From Escherichia phage vB_VIPECOTPH05B: DNA of 44,015 nucleotides. The DNA lies in the sequence record PQ429080.1, one strand, 5' to 3'. The position numbers were made by a program, and so were the translations under genes. The notes under the pieces were generated by a model, which did not search any database, was not told the origin of the DNA, and saw only the letters and a program-made list of their open reading frames with translations. Positions 28,038 to 37,202 of the stretch are shown here, one piece after another (position 1 is the first letter of the stretch; each line of letters begins with the position of its first letter).

Positions 28038-30391
28038 TCTACTTTCTCCTTACTGTACATACTCGTACCCATCTCAGCCTCTGCTGGGAACGGGACCTCA
28101 CCAATGATACCGTAGTTAGGCCAGAGCTGGTGGATACGCTTAGGTGCGTCCTCCATGCACTGCTTAACCAGCAGGCTCGCCTCACGTCCAACCTCCGGGT
28201 TGGCGCTGTCCAGATACAATGCATCGTGTACGTTCGTAATCAGGCACACCTGATTGTCGAACCAGTCACGGGCCAGGAGTGCACGCAGAACCATACCAGC
28301 CGCCACCGCCATCAGGAAGAATGCTTCCCCCTGGCACCAGTAGTTAGCCATCTCGGTTTCCTTGTAGTCCATGACCTTCTGCTTACGCTGCCCAGGCACA
28401 ACCTCCTTCCACTGCTCCTTCTGGCGGAAGCTATAGCGGGCACCGGCTGGGCTGGTCCACGTCCCAATGCGATACAGTCGGTAGCTGCCGTCGTCCGCCT
28501 GCTCGCGGTACATGCGCCCCTCGTTCCCGGTACGCTCTACCTCTTCCTTGACAACAGCACGGAATCCGATGGTGTCTGGAAACAGCTTCGCCTCGTTATC
28601 CAGGAACGACTGCGCATACTCCACTGTACAGCCTGTAGCAAACGCGATCCCTTTAGCCGTAGCCCCGTACTGTGCAGCAAAGCTGGGCGGCTTAATATCA
28701 GTACGCTGCTGCTTCCAGTACTTGTAGTCCGGTCCGTCTGGGTTATGGCAGAGGTCGTACATCTCCTCGTACGTCTTACCTTCCTTGAACGCTAGGCGAT
28801 AGCAGTGCATGTCCGTGCCCGCCTGTAGTAACCCCAATAATTTGCGGTCTCCAGTGTGAACACAAGACATAACCACTTCCAGGGCAGAGTAGTCAACCTC
28901 AGTGATACGACCAGCTTCTCCGAAACGAGAGGTGAACATCTGCTTAACCCGGCTTGTGCCATCGCGCGGTAGATTCTGGAGGTTCGGGTTAGAGCCCGAC
29001 AGTCGCCCGGTGACAGTGGCACAGGTGTTAAGACGGTGGTGGATAATACCTGAACCATCAGGGTTCTGAGGTATGACGTATTGAAGCATGCCCGAGGTCT
29101 TTTTAACTGACCCATCTTCGTTGTACTCCGTTCTCAGGTAATAGGTCCCTGTGTCTTTCTCTAGAGCACCTAACTCGTTTACCAATCGGCAGAGCTCGAA
29201 ACCTTGGCGAGCCAGTGCCTCCATTGCGTCAGTGCTGGTGCTGTATACTGGCGTACCGTCCTGCAGGGTGCGCGCCTGTCGGAACTCTCCGCGCTCTGCG
29301 TACTTCTCCCGGATAACTTCCGGAAGCTCCTGTATGTTCACCAGTCCCGGGCAGAAGTAAAGGTCATCCTCCCACTTGAGCTTCTCCTCGTCAGTGTCCA
29401 CTCGGAACACTTTAGGTAGGCCCTTGTTCTTCCCTGCTTTGTAGACTACGTAATTGTGAGGTCCAGAGACGTCCGTGCTTTCACATGGTACGAATGTTCC
29501 ATCAGTGCCCTGTACCAGATATGCGTCATACTTAACGTACTGCGGAGGGTCATAGGGTACCTTCTTGCGGTACTTGATAGGCCCGCCGTATACCAGTGCA
29601 GACATATGGAAGTCCGAGCCGAAGTTGAAATCCAGTGTCTCCGGCAAGTCCTTCGGGATGTACTGCTGCAGCTCCTGCTTAATCTCACGGATGCGCTGCT
29701 CCTGCTCCTCCTGGTTCTTGCGCGCAATTGGCATGTTCACGAACAGGCCGAACCATTGACAATAGCTCCAAGCTAGTACTGCCTCCATCCGTTCGTAGAC
29801 ATATTGCATCTGGTTGCGTTCGGCGAATAGGGCGCATTGCCCATAGAAGCACAGCCCGGTATTTGGCACGTCACCGTTGACAAGGTAATCGTGAAGCAGG
29901 TACGGGTCAATTTCGGAAGTCCGCTTTCCTTGCTCCCACAGTATCTTTACCCCATCGACTTTGTGCTGACCACCCCATTTTGGGGCGGTCTCATCTAGCC
30001 CCGGATACATCTCCTGGAAATCTGAGGCTATGTACTGCCCATGCTGCGTACAATATACGCGCCCGCCGCGCTTTAGGAAATCCTCAAAATGTTTTCTCTG
30101 ATATGAGAGGAACCAAGACACCTCGAAGCTGCTGTTGTGCGCGACTATCATAGTGCAGTGTTCTGGTATGGAAAACCACTGGTGCGGCCCCTCGTTGTCC
30201 GCCAGAAACTCAGCCTTGTTGTTGAAGCGAATACTGAATACGTCCCCTATATGCAACTGCCCGGCATCGTCCACCGTGTCTATGCGGTATGCGCTTTCTA
30301 CAACATAGTTATCGGGGCAGTACGGGGATGCTACGTTGCCGTAGTACTCAAAGTTCTCGACCTCTAAATCCACTATCATAATCTGGTACAT
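28034..30391 (-). CDS. DNA polymerase, family A (T7 gp5-like) with N-terminal 3'-5' exonuclease domain
   Basis: 785 aa; DnaQ-like exo motif near the N-terminus (IVDLEVENFEY) and Pol I-type polymerase motifs in the C-terminal half. Confidence 0.95.
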   Translation of the reverse strand: MYQIMIVDLEVENFEYYGNVASPYCPDNYVVESAYRIDTVDDAGQLHIGDVFSIRFNNKAEFLADNEGPHQWFSIPEHCTMIVAHNSSFEVSWFLSYQRKHFEDFLKRGGRVYCTQHGQYIASDFQEMYPGLDETAPKWGGQHKVDGVKILWEQGKRTSEIDPYLLHDYLVNGDVPNTGLCFYGQCALFAERNQMQYVYERMEAVLAWSYCQWFGLFVNMPIARKNQEEQEQRIREIKQELQQYIPKDLPETLDFNFGSDFHMSALVYGGPIKYRKKVPYDPPQYVKYDAYLVQGTDGTFVPCESTDVSGPHNYVVYKAGKNKGLPKVFRVDTDEEKLKWEDDLYFCPGLVNIQELPEVIREKYAERGEFRQARTLQDGTPVYSTSTDAMEALARQGFELCRLVNELGALEKDTGTYYLRTEYNEDGSVKKTSGMLQYVIPQNPDGSGIIHHRLNTCATVTGRLSGSNPNLQNLPRDGTSRVKQMFTSRFGEAGRITEVDYSALEVVMSCVHTGDRKLLGLLQAGTDMHCYRLAFKEGKTYEEMYDLCHNPDGPDYKYWKQQRTDIKPPSFAAQYGATAKGIAFATGCTVEYAQSFLDNEAKLFPDTIGFRAVVKEEVERTGNEGRMYREQADDGSYRLYRIGTWTSPAGARYSFRQKEQWKEVVPGQRKQKVMDYKETEMANYWCQGEAFFLMAVAAGMVLRALLARDWFDNQVCLITNVHDALYLDSANPEVGREASLLVKQCMEDAPKRIHQLWPNYGIIGEVPFPAEAEMGTSMYSKEKVE

Positions 30392-30392
30392 A

Positions 30393-30866
30393 CTAAACCT
30401 CTAAATATCCCAGAGAATTGGCGGCCGCCTTTCTGGCAGCAGCGGCCTCTTCCAGTGAGTGGAATCTTCCCAAACGCACTTGCTTTCCGTCCCGGTTTAC
30501 GTATGCCGACCAGCGTTTCCGCCTGGCATCGTATGACACCCCGGGGACTCCAGAACTATTGCGCTTATCCGTGGTTTTGTTTCGGTTATTTAGTGTCACC
30601 GGAACTGCCCTGAGATTGTCAATACGGTCGTCTTCCCGGTTTCGGTTTATGTGGTCTATAACGCACCCACTAGGAATATCCCCGTAGTGCATTTCCCAAA
30701 CAATCCTTGCGCGTTTGTACGCCCTTCCATTTAACCCCACAACCCAGCGGTTGTGGTGCCTTTCCAGGTACCCCGCCAATTTACCAGGCTGACACGCGCC
30801 ATTTGGGCTGGTGTGGGTCCAGTATAGTTTACCATCCTTGTACGTGAAGTGTTCTTTCCAGTTCAT
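30393..30866 (-). CDS. HNH homing endonuclease with AP2-like domain (paralog of 15715..16191)
   Basis: HNH motif (RIVWEMHYGDIPSGCVIDHINRNREDDRIDNLRAV) and AP2-like C-terminus (WSAYVNRDGKQVRLGRFHSLEEAAAARKAA); track ORF begins at GTG 30872, first ATG is 30866. Confidence 0.8.
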   Translation of the reverse strand: MNWKEHFTYKDGKLYWTHTSPNGACQPGKLAGYLERHHNRWVVGLNGRAYKRARIVWEMHYGDIPSGCVIDHINRNREDDRIDNLRAVPVTLNNRNKTTDKRNSSGVPGVSYDARRKRWSAYVNRDGKQVRLGRFHSLEEAAAARKAAANSLGYLEV

Positions 30867-31018
30867 TTCCACTTAGCCCTCCGAGCCTTGTTGATAGCCA
30901 GATGCACAATCAGCTGGCTGCTATCCAGTGCGAATCGTTTACGGAAAGTACCTGCAGATGCAGCGTACGCCTTGATTACCTCGTCGTCGAGGTAGTTAAT
31001 GTCTGACGGTTTAAGCAT
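30863..31018 (-). CDS. Small hypothetical protein (51 aa)
   Basis: Hand-translated: MLKPSDINYLDDEVIKAYAASAGTFRKRFALDSSQLIVHLAINKARRAKWK; AGGAGG 6 nt upstream of ATG; TGA stop overlaps the HNH ATG. Confidence 0.3.
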   Translation of the reverse strand: MLKPSDINYLDDEVIKAYAASAGTFRKRFALDSSQLIVHLAINKARRAKWK

Positions 31019-31040
31019 AATCTCCTCCTGTGTACCTACA

Positions 31041-31063
31041 TAGCGCCCTCGTAGAAGGCGCTA
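31041..31063 (-). promoter_or_regulatory. Conserved intergenic hairpin, copy C
   Basis: Inverted repeat TAGCGCC / GGCGCTA around a loop containing GTAG; same architecture as copies at 38491 and 39519. Confidence 0.4.
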
Positions 31064-31069
31064 GGGAAG

Positions 31070-31396
31070 TCACTTGATTGGCGGAATATCAATAGCCTCT
31101 AGCAGCGGCTGCTGCAGCAGGTACGTGTTATATTCCTGTATCGCCTGCACCGCCAAGCCTCGCAGTCGCAATGCTTCGTTTACGTCCCAGCTAGTGCCTG
31201 GCGATTCCAGGACGAACGCTTCCTCATCAAAGTGGAATGTAGTCTCCTTAGATTCGGCCAGTCTTATGGAAGCGTCCCTGTCGCTTACGGCACACACAGT
31301 GTATACCGTACCCACCCGCACTCCAGTGCGGCGTTTTATTTCGGGGCTAACCTTGCCGGTCCGTACAACTTTATCACCAACTTTAAATTTAGACAT
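31070..31396 (-). CDS. Hypothetical protein, member 2 of the MSKFK-G-D-VV paralog family
   Basis: 108 aa from internal ATG (M47 of the track ORF); begins MSKFKVGDKVVRTG; ATG overlaps the last codons of the helicase (8-nt overlap). Confidence 0.5.
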   Translation of the reverse strand: MSKFKVGDKVVRTGKVSPEIKRRTGVRVGTVYTVCAVSDRDASIRLAESKETTFHFDEEAFVLESPGTSWDVNEALRLRGLAVQAIQEYNTYLLQQPLLEAIDIPPIK

Positions 31397-32669
31397 TAAC
31401 CTGACCCTCATCAAATCTACAACGTCCAGGCTCGAATCCCACCTCGAATTGCAGGAGCGACTCTTTACCAGATAGTGCCATCTTGTTCTTAGGAGTACTG
31501 ATACCGCGGACGTTTTGCATGTGCGGCTGCTCATTTCTGTCCAAGCACCCCATCATAATCGCCAAGTCCAAGGCACCCTGTACGCCAATCTTGCTCTGCT
31601 TCATAGCGGTGAGCGGAGGAAAGAGCATGTTGTAACCTTCGAGTGAAAGCTGCATAGTGCCTACTATAGCGCAGTCATTCTCGCACCCAAGTATGCGCAG
31701 CTCCTGCCATTTCGCTTCGAGGTTCTGGTGCTCGGTCTCCATAGTACCGCCACGGATGTTAGCCACCATGTCGATGATGATTACCGCGGGGCGCATCTCC
31801 TCCATGAGTGTGGATATCTGGGCCATCGTCAAGGAGTGCGCAGCCTTAACACGAATCCGGTCAGCCCTGCCTACTTTCTTGAGGTAGGCTGGCACGAACT
31901 CTTGCTTACTGTGCCGGTCCTTAATCTCAGCCAGAGTCCAGTGTAGCGCCGCTTGATATACCCTCGGCACTGTGCGCGTCGCCGGACCCTCGTTAACCAG
32001 CCAGAGGATAGGGCGGTCCCCGTACACTTCCGGCTGCTGCTGCATTTGCTCAGCAAAATCCACAGCAATAGCAGCAAGCAGACTAGTTTTACCAGAGTCC
32101 ACAGGAGCAGCCACTGCGATGCAGTCCCCGCCACGTAGACCTCGGATGTTGCTAGCGAGTTGCTCGAACACGCCCAGTTTAAGACCGCCGCTCTCATCAG
32201 TCGCGGCAAGTATCTCGTCAACACTACCGCTCTCCCATTCAAGCAGCGAATCATGCACCGCAGCGCCATCACCGTACTTGCGCTGCAGGTGCTTCATCTC
32301 CAGTAGGTAATCAATCTCCTCGCCGTCTTGGTAGCGTTGCGTAAGCGCCGCAACCTCCCCACTATAGGCCAGCTCGTTCAGGGTCTGGACAATCCCTACC
32401 ACAGAATCCTGCGGCACGGCTTGTACCCCCCGCATAAGCTCATCCATGATTACCCGCTCTTCCCGGGATAAGTGCCCGGCCCGGAGATTGAGCATGCTCT
32501 GCATCGCATCCCACTGCACCTCCTGGTGCTCCGGATACGTGTTCCAGTACAGCCCCACCCAGTCCAGAAGGTTCGAAGTATCCGGAGCAAGCATCGACTT
32601 AGGTATCTGCTCTCTCAGGCGGCTCCATACCTTCTGCGTGCACATTGCACGAACAACTATAAGGTCCAA
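31389..32669 (-). CDS. Replicative DNA helicase (DnaB-like / T7 gp4 helicase-domain-like)
   Basis: 426 aa; Walker A (VDSGKTSLL) and RecA-like core motifs; apparent TTG start with AAGGAGGT 6 nt upstream (first ATG would be 32645). Confidence 0.85.
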   Translation of the reverse strand: MDLIVVRAMCTQKVWSRLREQIPKSMLAPDTSNLLDWVGLYWNTYPEHQEVQWDAMQSMLNLRAGHLSREERVIMDELMRGVQAVPQDSVVGIVQTLNELAYSGEVAALTQRYQDGEEIDYLLEMKHLQRKYGDGAAVHDSLLEWESGSVDEILAATDESGGLKLGVFEQLASNIRGLRGGDCIAVAAPVDSGKTSLLAAIAVDFAEQMQQQPEVYGDRPILWLVNEGPATRTVPRVYQAALHWTLAEIKDRHSKQEFVPAYLKKVGRADRIRVKAAHSLTMAQISTLMEEMRPAVIIIDMVANIRGGTMETEHQNLEAKWQELRILGCENDCAIVGTMQLSLEGYNMLFPPLTAMKQSKIGVQGALDLAIMMGCLDRNEQPHMQNVRGISTPKNKMALSGKESLLQFEVGFEPGRCRFDEGQVNV

Positions 32670-32797
32670 TTCTTACCTCCTTCCAAAGCCTCTTGCACCA
32701 GTCTGGCTATTACTGCCCGAAGCTGCTGTGTCCCATGATAGAGAACAGCCGCGTCTCTTAGTTTGTTAACTAGCTCCCGCTGGATGTGTGGTTGCAT
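32657..32797 (-). CDS. Small hypothetical ORF (46 aa)
   Basis: Hand-translated: MQPHIQRELVNKLRDAAVLYHGTQQLRAVIARLVQEALEGGKNWTL; ATG overlaps upstream stop (TGATG); its 3' end contains the helicase SD. Could be untranslated leader. Confidence 0.25.
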   Translation of the reverse strand: MQPHIQRELVNKLRDAAVLYHGTQQLRAVIARLVQEALEGGKNWTL

Positions 32798-32991
32798 CAA
32801 ACCTCCTTCGGAATGCAGATTGCCTTAGCGGTATACACCCGGAATGTGTTGAACTTCTCTTCGAACGCCTTAGCTGCCTTGTTGCAGGCGGCCTCAGTTG
32901 TGAACTCTTGTGTAGTCAGGGCGGCGAAATCTGTATCGCTAACCGCGCTGCCATTAATCGCCATGATTAAAACCCAGATACCCGTAGTCAT
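32797..32991 (-). CDS. Hypothetical protein (64 aa), hydrophobic N-terminus
   Basis: ATG overlaps the primase stop (ATGA); MTTGIWVLIMAINGSAV may be a signal peptide or TM segment. Confidence 0.4.
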   Translation of the reverse strand: MTTGIWVLIMAINGSAVSDTDFAALTTQEFTTEAACNKAAKAFEEKFNTFRVYTAKAICIPKEV

Positions 32992-33773
32992 TGTAAAGCC
33001 TCCAGAATCTCTTTGATTGTTGCATCCTTAGGGTCCGCAGCGAAGTAATGCTCACGGCACTGCATGAACGGACGCAGTGCTCGACGTGCTGCTGCTACCC
33101 CAGCGTGCCCTGCCGGGTCATTGTCCAGCATCAGAATCACTTCCGGGCGATTCTGAATCAGCCAAGCCCTCAGCGGCGTGGGCAAGCGTGTACCCAGCAT
33201 AGCTATAGCCTGCACGTTCAACGCACTGTAGTTCGTAACTGCGTGCTGTATCTTCCGGGCTGAGAGTAAGTCCTCGGTAAGCACGACCTTTAGAGGCGCG
33301 GCCGCAGCTACAGCCGGTGCTACGGCAGGTGCCGCGACAGCGAAAGCTATTGGCTGGCCGTACATTACCCACTTCGGTTGCTGCCGAGCATGCACTGCAC
33401 GGCCCAGAGCAGCGCTTCCGACACGGAAGATTATCCGCTGTTTCTCTTTGCTCCATTCTGCATCCTCCACCATTTCAGGCATGATTCCCTTTGTGGTCAG
33501 GAATCCGTAAATAAAACTCTGCGTTTCCGCAGGCGCTTGGCTAATGCAAATTGCATCTGCAGGTGCAGAGGGCTGCACCCTCGGCTCTTCCTGTAACTGT
33601 ATGCGCTGGTACTGCTTGTGCTCCTTGCCCACCTGCTTGCAGCGGTGGCAATAATATTCCCAGGCATCCGGGTTATTGTAGAGCACCCCGGCTTCGTCCC
33701 TGCCGCAGCACCGAAAGCGCGCCCTCTGCCCCACGGCCAGGCGCTTGCACGCTCTAAGCCAGGGTTGGTCCAT
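32988..33773 (-). CDS. DNA primase (zinc-binding domain plus TOPRIM)
   Basis: 261 aa; Cys pairs in the N-terminus (CCGRDEAG ... CHRCK) and TOPRIM-like acidic motif (VILMLDNDPAG); encoded separately from the helicase. Confidence 0.8.
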   Translation of the reverse strand: MDQPWLRACKRLAVGQRARFRCCGRDEAGVLYNNPDAWEYYCHRCKQVGKEHKQYQRIQLQEEPRVQPSAPADAICISQAPAETQSFIYGFLTTKGIMPEMVEDAEWSKEKQRIIFRVGSAALGRAVHARQQPKWVMYGQPIAFAVAAPAVAPAVAAAAPLKVVLTEDLLSARKIQHAVTNYSALNVQAIAMLGTRLPTPLRAWLIQNRPEVILMLDNDPAGHAGVAAARRALRPFMQCREHYFAADPKDATIKEILEALQ

Positions 33774-33991
33774 TACGGCACCTCGTGCAGCACTATCCCT
33801 TGGTAGTTCTCGTAGATGCCGCAGCGGTCCCCCACGTCATCTACAAGCTCGTAGAATGTGAAGCAATTAACATACCCCATGGCGTATTCACCCACCTCGG
33901 AACGGGTAGCTGGGTAAATCTTGTTCAAGGTTAAGTCCGCTGCAGCAGGGTTGCGTCCCTTGTCAGTTACTACAATATTAACAGCCTTCAT
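33773..33991 (-). CDS. Hypothetical protein (72 aa)
   Basis: ATG overlaps upstream stop; its TAA overlaps the primase ATG (TAATG). Confidence 0.4.
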   Translation of the reverse strand: MKAVNIVVTDKGRNPAAADLTLNKIYPATRSEVGEYAMGYVNCFTFYELVDDVGDRCGIYENYQGIVLHEVP

Positions 33992-34470
33992 TGTGCTTTC
34001 TCCTTACGCTTGATTTCCATAGCCATGCGGCGCAGGTCGTGGGCCAACTGCAGTGCAGCGTCAGGTTCCAGGTTGATAGCCAGTATATTGCCGTAAGCTA
34101 GGGGATCAAACTTTTTACCGCTCTTCACTATGGCAATACTTAGGTGCCCCTCTAACTCCCAATGTGGCTGCACTAGCATGTGCTGGAAGTTGTCTTCACT
34201 GCTAGTGCTGTTATAGTACATAACGCTATCCGGAACCGGCGGCAGTTCGTCCTCTGGTTCTTGGTACAGCTCAAAGTTGCAGGCGGCCCAAGGATGTTCA
34301 TCATACACCTTAGACACACCATTTACCTGCAACCAGTAGCCCCCGGAAGGTACCGACGTAACTGTATAGTAGGCAGAGTCTCCGAGCATATGCAGAAAGT
34401 CTTCATCTTTACGGCCGCCTACTGTACGTACAACCTTATCACCAACTTTAAACTTAATAAACTTAGACAT
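33988..34470 (-). CDS. Hypothetical protein, member 1 of the MSKFK-G-D-VV paralog family
   Basis: 160 aa; begins MSKFIKFKVGDKVVRTVGG; ATG 2 nt after the stop of the peptidase-like gene. Confidence 0.5.
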   Translation of the reverse strand: MSKFIKFKVGDKVVRTVGGRKDEDFLHMLGDSAYYTVTSVPSGGYWLQVNGVSKVYDEHPWAACNFELYQEPEDELPPVPDSVMYYNSTSSEDNFQHMLVQPHWELEGHLSIAIVKSGKKFDPLAYGNILAINLEPDAALQLAHDLRRMAMEIKRKEKAQ

Positions 34471-34472
34471 AA

Positions 34473-35528
34473 TTAACCATCCACAATATTATCGTATCCG
34501 CCCCAGTCCTCTACGACTCTGGTGCCTAGTTCAATCAGTTCTTCTTTGAAGCCGTAATCGGAGAACACCATGATGTACTCCGCCGCCTTCGCTGGATTCT
34601 CCTGCACCCAGCTAACCAGCTGCTGTTTAGAAAGCTGTGACACTACACGGAACGCAGCCAGCAATTGCGGGTCCTCGTCCGGCGGCATATCCCACGGCTG
34701 CCGTAAACTGAGCGTCGAAGCAGAGAGCCACTGGTCTGGCTCCAGTACCTTCGGGTCCCGCTCAATCGGAAGGTGCGAGAACGTACCATCTTGCAGTACC
34801 CGCTCAAGCACTTGCCCCAGGATGTTCAGGTCCAGTACCTCATCCGGAGTGTGTTCGTGCATGTACCCTACGCCGACGTTGGTGCACTCAGGTATAATTC
34901 CAACGAACTCGGCTGAGTCAGTGTACACCCCCTTCTGTAAGTGCTGCTCCGTGCGTCCCAGGCGCTCTGCTAGGGTCTTTGCAAAGGTATCAGAGCAGCA
35001 GCGCATATACCTTTGATGCGTAATGATTCCGTCGCCGCGTCGGTCGAAGCTAATCATTGCCTTGACCCCAGTCCAAAATCCAGAGTCATCCTTGACCGAT
35101 GCAGCGCTACCCTCGCAGCCTACCTCTTCATCCACGAAGAAGCAGTAGCGTCCATGCACACCCCGTCGCAGCATCTCCAGCATCAGATAGATACCGGCAC
35201 CACAGTCAGCACCCAAGCAGTCAGCTTGTTGCGGATTCTTTACGAACAGTACACCCTTGTTAGTGCAGCCGACGTCCGGCGCAGCGCTGGTTGGCCTCGC
35301 CACTGTGTCGAGATGAGACGTAAACGCTACGTCACTTTGCTCTGAGTCCCCCACCAGCACGAAGTAGTTCCCGTGCTTGTCCTTTACGTAGTGCATACCA
35401 CTACCCAGCGCCTGTAAAGACTGCATAAGCAGCGGCTCAAACCACTTAGTGCTTGCCCAGCTAGGCCGGTGCGTTTGCAGTATCTGCAAGAGCAGCTGCA
35501 CATCAATCCCGTGCGGATTCAAGAACAT
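34473..35528 (-). CDS. Putative zinc metallopeptidase / deacylase (M20/M28/M42-like)
   Basis: 351 aa; candidate metal ligands in the expected order: FTSHLDTV, GADCGAG, DEEVGCEGS, YMHEHT. Family from motif pattern only. Confidence 0.5.
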   Translation of the reverse strand: MFLNPHGIDVQLLLQILQTHRPSWASTKWFEPLLMQSLQALGSGMHYVKDKHGNYFVLVGDSEQSDVAFTSHLDTVARPTSAAPDVGCTNKGVLFVKNPQQADCLGADCGAGIYLMLEMLRRGVHGRYCFFVDEEVGCEGSAASVKDDSGFWTGVKAMISFDRRGDGIITHQRYMRCCSDTFAKTLAERLGRTEQHLQKGVYTDSAEFVGIIPECTNVGVGYMHEHTPDEVLDLNILGQVLERVLQDGTFSHLPIERDPKVLEPDQWLSASTLSLRQPWDMPPDEDPQLLAAFRVVSQLSKQQLVSWVQENPAKAAEYIMVFSDYGFKEELIELGTRVVEDWGGYDNIVDG

Positions 35529-35869
35529 TAAGCTGCCTCCTCTACTTCTTCTTCATCATCGTTTCCAAGGTACTTCTCTCCCAAGCAATCGGCTGCATGC
35601 TCAGTTAGAATTAACCCGTGCACTGGATGTTCTTCTGCGTGCTCAATAAGCACCTGCCGGTCCTGTGCATACACCAGTTCTTCTTGGTCGTGCACTACCC
35701 CTTCTACCGAACAGTGCTCAATGTCCGCGTCATATACATAGGCGTCGTGGTAATCAGACCAGGTGCAGTTCCAGCGACTATGCAGCCCTTCTCGGCCAAC
35801 TACATATACAAAGTCCCCATCTTCGACACAGCCGTCGCAGACCATTTCACCGTCGGCGGTTTCGTGCAT
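35528..35869 (-). CDS. Highly acidic small protein (about 113 aa), possible DNA-mimic-type host-takeover protein
   Basis: By my count about 31 D/E against 4 K/R in 113 residues, C-terminus NDDEEEVEEAA, plus CDGC/HC Cys-His pairs; start uncertain (alternatives at 35941 and 35974 overlap the upstream gene). Confidence 0.45.
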   Translation of the reverse strand: MHETADGEMVCDGCVEDGDFVYVVGREGLHSRWNCTWSDYHDAYVYDADIEHCSVEGVVHDQEELVYAQDRQVLIEHAEEHPVHGLILTEHAADCLGEKYLGNDDEEEVEEAA

Positions 35870-35873
35870 ATCA

Positions 35874-37202
35874 TCAGTGGAGTAACGCCCCCCCGCAGCA
35901 GCAGCACCGAGCAGACTCTGTACCTGCGTAGATGTATCCATCGGCTTCTTGCGCCTCGTACTCGTAGTCATCACGGATTACAAAGGCGTCATCCTCATAC
36001 TCATCTACGCCGCGCTGGCTGCTATCTAGGTATGGCATCAGCACTGCGCCGTTGTATGTTGGGTGCGGTATCCGCGCCAGCATGACCCCTTCGAGACACT
36101 CAGTGTTTCTGGTGTACCCATGCCCCCGCAGGATTGCATCCGCAGCGTTGCCATAAGCACGGACGTACTCTTTGGTTTCAGGTTTTACGATTGCTCGTGC
36201 CTGCACTTCGAAGTCGTCCCCGAACAGCTCCCCGGTATACTGGATGAATAGGCGCAACCCGTTATCCGGCAACCCGTGGCTAGTAGTAGCGTACGTCCGC
36301 ACAGGGCTATACTCAAATGAGTACCCGCTCATGCAGCTACTTGGGCCGTTCTCGTAGGCGTCGTACCACTCCTGCTCGGTCTTGCACAGGTACACTGTAG
36401 GCTCTACGTTCATAGCCTTGAGGTCTTCGATAGCATCGCGGAAGTCCACCCCGTTGCCATAGTAGTTAGCGAGCCACTTACCTACGCGCATCTCCACGCA
36501 GCGGTACTCAGTAACTGCGGCGAAGTCCTTGTGCATCCGCGGCTGCCCCAGCATCACGATGGGCTCGCCGTTGCGGAAGCCAAAGCCCAAAGGCACGGCG
36601 AATCTAGACACTACGAAGCCGTGCAACTTCATGAGCAGGGCAGCAGTATAACCATCGCGGATGCATCTGCTGTAATCGTAGCCAGTGTATAGGCGGCGCT
36701 GATTATCTTCTGGTGCAAGCATAATGCGCTCGAATAATTGCACGGCCTGCTTGTGCACCTTGTAGCCGGTTAACTCTTCGACGCGAGCAACTACGCGCTC
36801 AACCACTACATCATCACCATCATAGAAGTCTCGGCGCTGTTCCCAGAACTTGCTATCAATGGTGCGCCGCGCCGGGGCAAAGAGTTCGTAGAAAGTTCCG
36901 CTGTTATACAGGTCCACCTTTTGCAACGGGCCGAGAGTCCTCATCAACCCGCGGTATTTTGGGTGCAGTGCCCCGCCTATAGTCACCTCTAAGCCGGGAG
37001 TGAGCATGCTCACAGTGCGGAGACCCGTAAGCGCCTGCAGTGGACCTTCGGTGTGGGGGTGGTCAGCGCCCTGCATTTGCAAGTCCTGGAACGGGGTCCA
37101 GTAATCACCGCTGGAATACATTGATTCTTTCATCGGCAGTGCGTTTGCACCTTCCGGTAACACTACTTTCCATTCGATAGGTGCTGTGTTAGTCTCTTGC
37201 AT
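35874..37202 (-). CDS. Large early protein of unknown function (about 442 aa), C-terminus ends in CCCC
   Basis: Track ORF reaches 37496 but overlaps the upstream gene; the ATG at 37202 has AGGAG 9 nt upstream (alternative ATG at 37259). No kinase, ligase or Walker motif recognised. Confidence 0.5.
   Translation of the reverse strand: MQETNTAPIEWKVVLPEGANALPMKESMYSSGDYWTPFQDLQMQGADHPHTEGPLQALTGLRTVSMLTPGLEVTIGGALHPKYRGLMRTLGPLQKVDLYNSGTFYELFAPARRTIDSKFWEQRRDFYDGDDVVVERVVARVEELTGYKVHKQAVQLFERIMLAPEDNQRRLYTGYDYSRCIRDGYTAALLMKLHGFVVSRFAVPLGFGFRNGEPIVMLGQPRMHKDFAAVTEYRCVEMRVGKWLANYYGNGVDFRDAIEDLKAMNVEPTVYLCKTEQEWYDAYENGPSSCMSGYSFEYSPVRTYATTSHGLPDNGLRLFIQYTGELFGDDFEVQARAIVKPETKEYVRAYGNAADAILRGHGYTRNTECLEGVMLARIPHPTYNGAVLMPYLDSSQRGVDEYEDDAFVIRDDYEYEAQEADGYIYAGTESARCCCCGGALLH

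Noticed and set aside
31070-31534. Full 154-aa extent of the track ORF
   Set aside because: Upstream part overlaps the helicase 3' end; the internal ATG at 31396 gives the MSKFKVGDKVV start shared with the paralogs.
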